Shown: positions 21,301 through 29,012 of the stretch, piece after piece
Layout: each line of letters starts with the position of its first letter
Position numbering within the stretch: the first letter of the stretch is position 1
NCBI GenBank assembly: GCA_947589275.1
Contig: CANQAQ010000001.1
Coordinates: 4,884 to 68,883 of the forward strand
Length of the DNA: 64,000 bases
DNA from: an uncultured Bacilli bacterium
Lineage (GTDB): Bacteria > Bacillota_I > Bacilli_A > RF39 > UBA660
Reading direction: 5' to 3'
The notes under the pieces: model-generated
The model's database searches: none
Seen by the model: only the letters and a program-made list of their open reading frames with translations
What the model was told of the DNA's origin: nothing
Translations under genes and position numbers: made by a program

Positions 21301-21651
21301 ATATCTTAAATAACCCATTAAATTTGTTATGACAATATTATTTGTATTTGTTTCTAGCATATTTAAAGTATTTAATCTAATTGATTTTAATTCTGGAAAT
21401 ATTGCTAATGCTTCACTAGTTAAAAAGTCATCCATAGGAAATAAATATGTATTCTTATTTATTTTTGATAATGATGAATAAATAATATTAGCTTCATATA
21501 AAGTACTTGTTATTAATATAATATCTCTTTTCTTATCTTTTAGAATTCCATTAACGCAAAAAGAAATTAACTGATTAGTTAACCCTGTTATACCAATATT
21601 ATCGATGTTTTCAATTTTAAATTTATCACTTAAAAAATCCATTTTTATCAT
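18334..21651 (-). CDS. mfd: transcription-repair coupling factor
   Basis: 1105 aa, with Walker A (GDVGYGKTEVA), DEEQRFG, and the TRCF domain. Confidence 0.95.
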   Translation of the reverse strand: MIKMDFLSDKFKIENIDNIGITGLTNQLISFCVNGILKDKKRDIILITSTLYEANIIYSSLSKINKNTYLFPMDDFLTSEALAIFPELKSIRLNTLNMLETNTNNIVITNLMGYLRYLPSSDLWNKSKIIIKKEIEIKKEDLYNHLSNIGYSTVTLVNKTGEIANRGFILDIYPSNMDYPIRVEFWGDFIESIRLFDPDTQRSLEEIETVKITPYSEFINEKNIVGIEEKQKYLPYVVNNLSSISSYLNNPITIYKDYNQLKNSYKNLREEIFNFSKEKNEIYDTNYMFEFESLIKNKDNIYLMTIDNIIDHIKLNNTYNFTSRIIENFNSNFDRLNEFLQICILKKKKTIISISNKDYINHIKKFLKVSNIFTNINDLHDDVINIVNENIDQGFEFLNYVVITENEIFKNQNKNINYKNKFRYGVKLKNIESLNVGDYVVHLNHGIGIYSGITTLVKNGNKKDYIEVLYKDNDKLYIPVEKIELLSKYSSNEGIVPKINKLGSVEWEKTKLRVKGRIKDIADKLLKLSAERKMKPGFAFKDDDEDQIKFESEFKYNLTKDQFIAISKIKEDMEKSTPMDMLLCGDVGYGKTEVAFRAIFKAINSGKQVAYLCPTTILSNQQYKNALDRFSNFAINIALLNRFTPKNEVKEILNNIKEGKIDLLFGTHRMLSNDVKFKDLGLLVIDEEQRFGVTHKEKIKEYKSNIDILTLSATPIPRTLQMSLVGIRNMALIETPPIDRYPIQTYVIEESNQLIREAIYKEMSRGGQIFILFNSVEHIEEKLNEINKLVPEAKIRFAHGKMTKNQIENTMFGFINNEFDILLCTTIIETGIDIPNVNTLIIYDADKFGLSQLYQIRGRVGRSNKIAYAYLMYSKNKILNEVAVKRLNAIKEFTELGSGFQIAMRDLSIRGAGDILGSEQAGFIDTVGYELYVKMLNDEVMHLKGIQTKEEIKEEEKPLIEVETHIKNDYVMDNSLKIEIHKKINDIESYDDLLNVRKELEDRFGKIDSELDIYMHEIWFEKLAKLCLVYKVNKTDLFVEIVFEKGITSVINVDELFIIASDISLNYKISYIDEKLHIKLILNNLRKHYIYYLTDLLSKITNKMV

Positions 21652-21658
21652 CTTCTTA

Positions 21659-22210
21659 TTAATTATATTTATTCATTAAATTATTAAAATCCATAGTTAT
21701 ATAATCATCTATAATTTTAGTGCATACATCTATTGAATTAATTATTATATTTTTTTCTTCTTCATTAAACTTTCCTAACACATAGGCTTTAGTATCAATA
21801 TTTTTATTATTTGATATACCTATTTTTAATCTTTTATACTCATTTGTTCCTAGATTTTTTTCTATATTCTTTATTCCATTATGTCCACCTGATGAACTAT
21901 TTTGTTTAAGTTTTATTTTACCTAAGGATTGGTCCAAATCATCTTGAATAATTAAAATATTATTAATATCTATTTTAAAATAATCCACATATTTTTTTAC
22001 GACTTCACCAGATAAATTCATATATTTTTGAGGTTTTAAAAATATAATTTTTTCAGAGTTTACTATATATTCTGTGTATAATCCTTCAAATTTCTCTTTT
22101 AAATTTAAGTTATGCTTTTTTAAATACGCATCAACTACATCAAAACCTATATTGTGTCTTGTATTATTAAATTCTTTGCCTGGATTACCAAGACCAACTA
22201 TTAATTTCAT
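21659..22210 (-). CDS. pth: peptidyl-tRNA hydrolase
   Basis: LIVGLGNPG...RHNIG motif. Confidence 0.9.
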   Translation of the reverse strand: MKLIVGLGNPGKEFNNTRHNIGFDVVDAYLKKHNLNLKEKFEGLYTEYIVNSEKIIFLKPQKYMNLSGEVVKKYVDYFKIDINNILIIQDDLDQSLGKIKLKQNSSSGGHNGIKNIEKNLGTNEYKRLKIGISNNKNIDTKAYVLGKFNEEEKNIIINSIDVCTKIIDDYITMDFNNLMNKYN

Positions 22211-23064
22211 TTTTTACCTCCATTATATTTTATATAAACTTCATTTTTTTCTAAATTGTGCAATTTTGCAACTTGTTTTATTGCTTCTTTTTTAGAAATT
22301 CCTGATGATATTAATTTTTCTACATGTTCTATTATATCAATTTTATCTATATCTGTTTTATCAAAATTTTCTTCTTGCTTATTTTCTTCAAGAATTATAA
22401 CAAATTCTCCCCTTGGTTCAATTATTTCTTTTAATACTTCACTAACAGGTCCTCTATAAATTTCCTCATATTTTTTACTTATTTCTCTTGCAATACCAAT
22501 ATTCCTATTTCCAAGAATATCATATATTAAATTTAAAGTTTCTATTATTCTATATGGAGATTCGTATAGTATTATTGTATATTTTTCATTTTTTAAACTT
22601 TCCAATTCTTTCTTTTTTCTAGATTTTTTACTATCTAAAAAACCATAAAATAAAAATTTATTAGGATTTAAACCTGACATAATAAGAGCTGGTACAAATG
22701 CAGTTGCACCTGGTAACCCAATAACATTGTATCCTGCTTTTATTGCATTATATGATATTACATATCCAGGGTCACTTATACATGGAGTTCCTCTATCTGA
22801 TACTAAAGCAATAGAATTGCCATTTTTTAAATACTCTAAAGCCTTTAAATATACTTTGTCTTCGTTGAATTTATGACAAGAAATAAGCTTATTATTAATA
22901 TTTAGCTCATTTAGTAGCTTCTTTGTTTCTCTTGTATCTTCACAAAAAATAACATCAACTTTCTTAAGTATATTTACTGATCTTATAGTCATATCTTCTA
23001 AATTACCAATTGGTGTCGGAACCAAATATAAACTTGGTTTATCATCATAACTTCTTTGACTCAT
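22207..23064 (-). CDS. rsmI: 16S rRNA (cytidine1402-2'-O)-methyltransferase
   Basis: LYLVPTPIGNLEDMT tetrapyrrole-methylase-type fold. Confidence 0.85.
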   Translation of the reverse strand: MSQRSYDDKPSLYLVPTPIGNLEDMTIRSVNILKKVDVIFCEDTRETKKLLNELNINNKLISCHKFNEDKVYLKALEYLKNGNSIALVSDRGTPCISDPGYVISYNAIKAGYNVIGLPGATAFVPALIMSGLNPNKFLFYGFLDSKKSRKKKELESLKNEKYTIILYESPYRIIETLNLIYDILGNRNIGIAREISKKYEEIYRGPVSEVLKEIIEPRGEFVIILEENKQEENFDKTDIDKIDIIEHVEKLISSGISKKEAIKQVAKLHNLEKNEVYIKYNGGKK

Positions 23065-23074
23065 ACTATTTCTC

Positions 23075-23794
23075 CTATTCGAACATTCGCTTTATATCAT
23101 CTAAATAATTTCCATTTTTATCGTGTATATAAAGTGGTGGTAATATTTTTAATCCAGGTTTACCATTTTTAGAACCCTCTATTAAAACTAAATTAGATTC
23201 TTTATCTACTTTTGGATATATAAATTGAATTCTTTTAGGTTCTATATTATGTTTTTTCATAGATCCTATTATATCAATTAATCTTTCAGTTTTATGTACA
23301 ATTGCTACTGAACCATTATTTTTCAGTAATTTTCTTGATATAAAAAATATATCATCTAATTTTATTTTTATTTCATGTCTTGCAATTGATTTTATATCAT
23401 TTTTATTAATTATAGATGAATCTTTTGTTTTAAAGAATGGAGGATTACATGTAATTATATCAAATGTATCTGTATCATATATATCAGTTAACTCTTTTAT
23501 ATCTTTATTTAATAATTTTATCTGATGTTCTAAATTGTTAATTTTTATTGACTTAATAGCAAGTTCATATATTTCTTTTTGAAGCTCAACACCAATTATA
23601 TTCGCATTTGTTTTTGTACTAAGAATTATAGGTATTGGTGCGTTACCAGTACATAAATCCAAAACATTTTTTGTATTTTTTTTAATAGAAACAAAATTAC
23701 ATAACAATACTGAATCCAAAGAAAAAGAAAACCAATCTGTATTCTGTACTATATTTAAATTATTATAATTAAGTAATCTATTAATTACTTCCAT
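23075..23794 (-). CDS. N6-adenine methyltransferase (YabB/YfiC-like tRNA m6A37 methyltransferase)
   Basis: DLCTGNAPIP SAM motif and an NPPF catalytic motif. Confidence 0.7.
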   Translation of the reverse strand: MEVINRLLNYNNLNIVQNTDWFSFSLDSVLLCNFVSIKKNTKNVLDLCTGNAPIPIILSTKTNANIIGVELQKEIYELAIKSIKINNLEHQIKLLNKDIKELTDIYDTDTFDIITCNPPFFKTKDSSIINKNDIKSIARHEIKIKLDDIFFISRKLLKNNGSVAIVHKTERLIDIIGSMKKHNIEPKRIQFIYPKVDKESNLVLIEGSKNGKPGLKILPPLYIHDKNGNYLDDIKRMFE

Positions 23795-24585
23795 GATTCA
23801 TATACTTCTATTAATTCTTTTTCTTTTGTTTCTATTTTATATGATTTTTTAAATATATCAACAGAAATTACTTTTCCTTCTTTTCCATCTTTCTTAATAA
23901 TCTGTCCTATACTTGGTAAATCTTTTTTTAGTTCGTCATATGTTTCATCTTCGTAAGATAAACAACATAAAAGTCTATTACATGAACCATTAATTTTGCT
24001 TGGATTTAATGCTATATTTTGATTTTTAGCCATATTAATAGTTATATTATCAAATGTATATAAATATAAAGAACAACACATAGGTCTTCCGCATGGTCCA
24101 AGACCTCCTACTTCTTTTGATCTATCTCTAGGTCCAATTTGTCTAAATTCTATTCTTACCTTATATATTTTTGCAAGCTCTTTTGCCAAATCTCTAAAAT
24201 CTACTCTATCAGGCGAAATAAATGTAAAAAACAATTGTGTTCTTTCAAAAGTATAACTTACATCAACAAGTTTCATATCTAAATTTTGTTTTTTAATAAG
24301 CTCATTACATTTATTAAATGCTTTATGAGCATCTTTTATATTATTCAAATGATTAATATAATCTTTATTTGTTGAAATTCTGATTACATTTTTTAATGGA
24401 AATTTTATATTAGATTTTTTCATATTTATTACATCTGTTTTTACTGTTCCAAATTGAAGTCCACGCTCTGTTTCAACTATTACTGTAATATTCTTTTTAA
24501 GTTTAAGATTATTACAATTAAAAAAGTACTTTCTACCATATTTTTTAAATTCTATTCCGACTACATTTATTACATCATTTTCCAT
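23785..24585 (-). CDS. ricT: PSP1-domain protein (YaaT/RicT family)
   Basis: PSP1 C-terminal domain with a Cys cluster (CGRPMCC...CCLSYE); sits between holB and yabB as in B. subtilis. Confidence 0.7.
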   Translation of the reverse strand: MENDVINVVGIEFKKYGRKYFFNCNNLKLKKNITVIVETERGLQFGTVKTDVINMKKSNIKFPLKNVIRISTNKDYINHLNNIKDAHKAFNKCNELIKKQNLDMKLVDVSYTFERTQLFFTFISPDRVDFRDLAKELAKIYKVRIEFRQIGPRDRSKEVGGLGPCGRPMCCSLYLYTFDNITINMAKNQNIALNPSKINGSCNRLLCCLSYEDETYDELKKDLPSIGQIIKKDGKEGKVISVDIFKKSYKIETKEKELIEVYESWK

Positions 24586-25520
24586 TAAATCTCACCTAAT
24601 TCTATAATTAATTTATCTATCAACATTTTAACATTTGCATTATATGAATTTTCAAATTTAACTTCTTGAAAAACATAAATTTTTCTTATTATATCATCTA
24701 TTGTATTATTTTCAGATATATTATTAATAATTTTTTCGAATGTTTTCATATATTTTATACTTTTTCCTATTTTTATATACAATGCATCAACATATACATA
24801 TATCAATATTATCAATAATATATTTAAATCATCTTTTGTTTTAAATACATCAAATATCTTTTTTATTTGTATAAATATATTATATTTTTTATCTTCTAAA
24901 CTTTGAGCAAAATTTATTGAATCATCAACAATTTTATTAAAATATTCTATATCAGTATTTGATAATTCATTCTGTAATATATTTTTTAAAATCTCATATG
25001 AATCATTTTGGTTTTCAAAATTTATTCGGTTAAAATTTATTATTTGACATCTTGATTTAATTGTTGGAAGAACATTACTTATATTATCAGTAATTAAAAT
25101 TGCAATTATATTTTCTGATGGTTCTTCTAAAAACTTTAATATTGAATTTGCAGAAGAAGAATTTAACTTATCAGCTCCCTTAATTATATATATAATTTTA
25201 TTACCCTCAACAGGTTTAGTTTGTAACTCAGTTTGAAGCGTCAATAATTGTTCTTTTTTTATTACATCTGAAATTGGTTCAATTATTTTAAATTCTGAAT
25301 ATATATTATCGTCAATTCTTCGACAAATTGATTCTTTATCTTCATTCATATTTAATGTTATTACTTCTTTACTAAATTCTTTTGCATAATCAAAAACATA
25401 GTTAATATCATTAGAATAAAATAAATATGCTTGTACAAGTTTATTGTGATTAATACTTTTTGTTAATATCTCTGTGACAATTGGTTGTTCTTTTTTATAT
25501 TTATCAAGCATATTATTCAC
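24585..25520 (-). CDS. holB: DNA polymerase III delta-prime subunit
   Basis: Degenerate clamp-loader AAA+ fold; its position after dnaX, ybaB and recR matches holB. Confidence 0.65.
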   Translation of the reverse strand: MNNMLDKYKKEQPIVTEILTKSINHNKLVQAYLFYSNDINYVFDYAKEFSKEVITLNMNEDKESICRRIDDNIYSEFKIIEPISDVIKKEQLLTLQTELQTKPVEGNKIIYIIKGADKLNSSSANSILKFLEEPSENIIAILITDNISNVLPTIKSRCQIINFNRINFENQNDSYEILKNILQNELSNTDIEYFNKIVDDSINFAQSLEDKKYNIFIQIKKIFDVFKTKDDLNILLIILIYVYVDALYIKIGKSIKYMKTFEKIINNISENNTIDDIIRKIYVFQEVKFENSYNANVKMLIDKLIIELGEI

Positions 25521-25525
25521 CTCTT

Positions 25526-25717
25526 TTATCTAAAATTAACTAAATAAAATCCTATAAGTCCAATAAGTCCAGTTGTATCAAATAAGTATAATATACAAAT
25601 TGTAATTAAATTTATAGGAATATTTAAATTGAATGGTTGCATTATCATGTTATAACCATATAAAACAATAATACTTATAATTATCTTTTTTAAAAATTTT
25701 AATATCATCTTTAGCAT
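25526..25717 (-). CDS. bofA: BofA-like small membrane protein (possible SpoIVFB inhibitor)
   Basis: 63 aa, two transmembrane segments, and a P.NLIT...GLIGLIG segment reminiscent of BofA; synteny near recR as in B. subtilis. Confidence 0.4.
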   Translation of the reverse strand: MLKMILKFLKKIIISIIVLYGYNMIMQPFNLNIPINLITICILYLFDTTGLIGLIGFYLVNFR

Positions 25718-25757
25718 ACTTGTCCACCTCAGTATAATTTATGTGGGCAATTATATT

Positions 25758-26360
25758 TTATGAAATTTTATTTCTGCCTTCCATAGCTTTTGCTATTGTT
25801 ATAGGATCTAAGTACTCCATATCTGCACCAACAGGTATGCCTGCTGCTATCTTTGTTACAGAAACATCAAGCCCTTCTAACATTTTTAATATATATAACG
25901 ATGTTGTTTCTCCTTCAATACTTGGGTTTAATGCTAATATTACTTCTTTTATTTTTTCGTTTTTTATTCTATTAATAAGTTGATTTATCTTAATATCTTC
26001 TGGATTTATACCATCAATAGGAGATATTAATCCCTCTAATACATGATAATATCCATTAAAAACACCTGCTTTTTCAAATAATATTAAATTTTTCGTATTT
26101 TCAACAACACATAAGATTTCTTTATTTCTATTAGAATCTAAGCAAATAAAACATTTATCATTATCTTCAGTTAAATTATTACATACTACACATTTTTTTA
26201 TATTTTTTTTTATATTTTTTATTGAATTAGAAAAAATATCAAGCGTATCTTCTTCTAAATTTAATAAAGCAAAAGATAATCTTTCAGCATTTTTTTCACC
26301 TATACCTGGTAATAATTTAAAACATTCTATCAATTGCTCTAAAGTTTTTGGATATTTCAT
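25758..26360 (-). CDS. recR: recombination protein RecR
   Basis: HhH, a C4 zinc finger (CVVC...CFIC) and a Toprim domain. Confidence 0.95.
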   Translation of the reverse strand: MKYPKTLEQLIECFKLLPGIGEKNAERLSFALLNLEEDTLDIFSNSIKNIKKNIKKCVVCNNLTEDNDKCFICLDSNRNKEILCVVENTKNLILFEKAGVFNGYYHVLEGLISPIDGINPEDIKINQLINRIKNEKIKEVILALNPSIEGETTSLYILKMLEGLDVSVTKIAAGIPVGADMEYLDPITIAKAMEGRNKIS

Positions 26361-26653
26361 TAGAACAATCCTGATAATCCTTGTCCAAATTTCCCAAGTC
26401 GTGATTCTAATTCATTATTAGCTTTTTTAATAGCATCGTTTGTAGCAAGTAATATCATATCTTCAAGCATTTCTATATCATCTAATGTTATATTTTTATC
26501 AATTGTAATTTTTGTAATTTCTTTTTTACCACTTACCTCAACTTCCACTAGTGGTTGTTTTGATGTAAAAATTTGTTTTTCAACTTCTTCTTGTGCTTTT
26601 TTTATATCTTTTTGCATTTTTTGTGCTTGTTGCATTAACATATTCATATTCAT
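26360..26653 (-). CDS. ybaB: nucleoid-associated protein YbaB/EbfC
   Basis: 97-aa YbaB family protein ending GLF. Confidence 0.9.
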   Translation of the reverse strand: MNMNMLMQQAQKMQKDIKKAQEEVEKQIFTSKQPLVEVEVSGKKEITKITIDKNITLDDIEMLEDMILLATNDAIKKANNELESRLGKFGQGLSGLF

Positions 26654-26654
26654 A

Positions 26655-28268
26655 TTAAAAATCTCCTATCTCTAATAAATCTTCAAATTCATTTTTACTT
26701 TCTTTTTTTAATTTTTCATTAATACTTGAAACTATTGATTGTTCATCTAAAATAAGAATTTCTTCTTTATTTTTTATTTTATTTATATATTCTTCTCTTT
26801 TAACTAACCAATAAGAGTCGAGTAATATACAAATTTTAATATTTGACTTAATTTCTTTTAAAAGTATTTCTTCGATATCATTTAAATTATCATAAAGTTC
26901 ATTTAAAATACTTTCATTATCTGTAGTTAATATAACCCCATCAGGACAACCTGCTTTTATAGTACAATCAGATAATATATTTATCATTTTTAAATATTGC
27001 AAGTCGGTAATATTATTTTCTAATTTTGAAAAAATTAATTTATAATTCTCTAATGATTTTTTATCAGCTTTTGCTAATATATTATTCATTCTTATGTTCA
27101 TTAATTCTTCATATAATTTATGCATATCATCATTTTGCAGTGATTTTTGTTTAGGTTTTTCTAAAGTAACTTTTTTTTCAGTGGATTGTGATTCAATATT
27201 ACAAACATTTGTTTGATTAGTAGAATACATATTTATAAGTTGTATAATTATTAATTCAAATAATACCCTCTTATCTTTTGAATTTTTCATATCAGTAATA
27301 CATTTATTAAATAACATTATAATATTAGTTATCTTAAATACACCAAGTTGTTCTATTATATTGGATTTTCCTTTTATTTGATATTCCAAATAATTATCCC
27401 TTAGATATTTTATAATATCTTCACATATATATGAAAAATCTTTTCCATTTTTTTCAAATTCATCTATTACATTAAAACATTCCTTTATTTTGTTTTGAAT
27501 AATATTTTTAAATAATATTTGAATTTCATCTTCTGATATTCTTCCACTCAATAAAATTACATCTGCTTTTGTTATATTAGAATCAGTATATGCATTTAAT
27601 TGATCTAATAAACTAATAGCGTCTCTCATACCACCACTTGAATTGAATGCTATTTCATCTAAAGCATCTTCTGTTATAGTTATTTTTTCATTTTCGCAAA
27701 TATATTTTAATCTTTCTTTCATTATGTCTTTTGAAATAGGTTTAAATTCAAAGCTTTGACATCTTGACATTATTGTAAGAGGAATTTTATGAGGTTCAGT
27801 TGTTGCTAGTATAAAAATTACATGTTTAGGAGGTTCTTCTAAAGTTTTTAATAATGCATTGAATGCTCCTGTTGTTAACATATGAACTTCGTCAATGATA
27901 TATACTTTATATTTTGACATAGTTGGTAATAATGTAGTATGGTTTTTAATTTCTCTAATCTCATCTACACCATTATTTGATGCTGCATCCATTTCTATTA
28001 TGTCTATATTTTCATTTTCATTATTATTTATACATATATTACATTTTTCACAAGAAACTCCATTTTTTGGATTTTCACAATTTATAGTTTTTGCAAATAT
28101 TTTTGCAACACTAGTTTTACCTGTACCTCTAGGTCCTATAAATAGATAGGCATGTGTTAATTTTTGATTTTTAATTATGTTTTTTAGAGTTTTTACTATT
28201 ACTTGCTGTCCCATTATTTCGTCAAATGTTTTTGGTCTATATTTTCTATATAATGCTTGATATAACAT
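26655..28268 (-). CDS. dnaX: DNA polymerase III tau/gamma subunit
   Basis: Walker A (GPRGTGKTS), a zinc-binding module (CEKCNIC) and DEVHML. Confidence 0.95.
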   Translation of the reverse strand: MLYQALYRKYRPKTFDEIMGQQVIVKTLKNIIKNQKLTHAYLFIGPRGTGKTSVAKIFAKTINCENPKNGVSCEKCNICINNNENENIDIIEMDAASNNGVDEIREIKNHTTLLPTMSKYKVYIIDEVHMLTTGAFNALLKTLEEPPKHVIFILATTEPHKIPLTIMSRCQSFEFKPISKDIMKERLKYICENEKITITEDALDEIAFNSSGGMRDAISLLDQLNAYTDSNITKADVILLSGRISEDEIQILFKNIIQNKIKECFNVIDEFEKNGKDFSYICEDIIKYLRDNYLEYQIKGKSNIIEQLGVFKITNIIMLFNKCITDMKNSKDKRVLFELIIIQLINMYSTNQTNVCNIESQSTEKKVTLEKPKQKSLQNDDMHKLYEELMNIRMNNILAKADKKSLENYKLIFSKLENNITDLQYLKMINILSDCTIKAGCPDGVILTTDNESILNELYDNLNDIEEILLKEIKSNIKICILLDSYWLVKREEYINKIKNKEEILILDEQSIVSSINEKLKKESKNEFEDLLEIGDF

Positions 28269-28352
28269 ACATACCTCCTTTAGATCTCTATAATTATAAC
28301 ATTTTTAGATTTTTTTTAAAATGATTTGTTAGTATGTTTTCATATTTAATTT

Positions 28353-28410
28353 ATAATGTTTCACGTGGAACATCATAGATAATTTTAAAATAATGTTTCA
28401 CGTGGAACAT
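28353..28410. repeat. two copies of a 21-bp element ATAATGTTTCACGTGGAACAT; each contains an 18-bp imperfect palindrome with a CACGTG core
   Basis: Exact direct repeat at 28353-28373 and 28390-28410, separated by 16 bp. It lies between the tadA stop and the dnaX promoter (an extended -10 TGTTATAAT at about 28298-28306). Confidence 0.7.
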
Positions 28411-28820
28411 TATTTATTATTTCTTACATTTTTAAAAAACTTTTTTAATATTTCTGAAAAAAAACTATCATTTTTAAAATAATACTTAGGTTCTGATTCT
28501 ATATTATTATCATTTTGAGCACTATAGTAATATACTTTTTTTATTCTGCTTTTTTTAATAATTTCCTTACACATATTGCATGGTTCTAGAGATATATGAA
28601 TTTCACAATCATCTAATCTCCAATTTTTTTTATAATTTATTGCCTCATTTAATGCAATTATTTCAGCATGATTCATAAAGTTTTGAGTTTGTTCTACTTT
28701 ATTATATCCTCTACCGATTATTTTATTATTTTGAACAACAATTGCAGATATCGGAACTTCATCTTCTTCTAATGCTTTTTTTATTAATTTTTCTAACTCA
28801 TTATGTATATTAATATTCAT
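28410..28820 (-). CDS. tadA: tRNA-specific adenosine deaminase
   Basis: HAE...PCNMC deaminase zinc motifs. True start is MNINIHNE at 28820, preceded by GGAGGAATTT; the ORF-track N-terminal extension to 28895 runs into an RNA gene. Confidence 0.85.
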   Translation of the reverse strand: MNINIHNELEKLIKKALEEDEVPISAIVVQNNKIIGRGYNKVEQTQNFMNHAEIIALNEAINYKKNWRLDDCEIHISLEPCNMCKEIIKKSRIKKVYYYSAQNDNNIESEPKYYFKNDSFFSEILKKFFKNVRNNK

Positions 28821-28837
28821 AAATTCCTCCAAAAAAA

Positions 28838-28928
28838 AGCACACACAAAAATATAATGTTAAGGCTGCTATATTTCTATCCTGACCTGGTTCCAAAAATT
28901 TTTGTTGTGCAACTAAAATATAACATTA
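28838..28928 (-). ncRNA. ffs: signal recognition particle RNA, small (4.5S-like) type
   Basis: The minus strand reads ...gcacaacaaaaauuuuuGGAACCAGGUCAGGAUAGAAAUAUAGCAGCCuuaacauuauauuuuugugugugc-UUUUUUUU. It contains the conserved domain IV motifs CCAGGUCAGG...GAAA...AGCAGCC, closed by a long helix and followed by a U-run; a TTGACA/TATATT promoter lies upstream. Confidence 0.55.
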
Positions 28929-29012
28929 TTCCAATAATATTGTCAATATATATTTTTGTTCGCTTTTTGTTCGTAAGAATATTTCCCGGGAAATATTTTT
29001 TAAAAAAAGAAA

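Noticed and set aside
28821-28895. N-terminal 25-aa extension of tadA in the ORF track (MEPGQDRNIAALTLYFCVCFFLEEF)
   Set aside because: The conserved TadA begins at the internal Met with a proper GGAGG site. The extension is the in-frame read-through of the SRP RNA gene.
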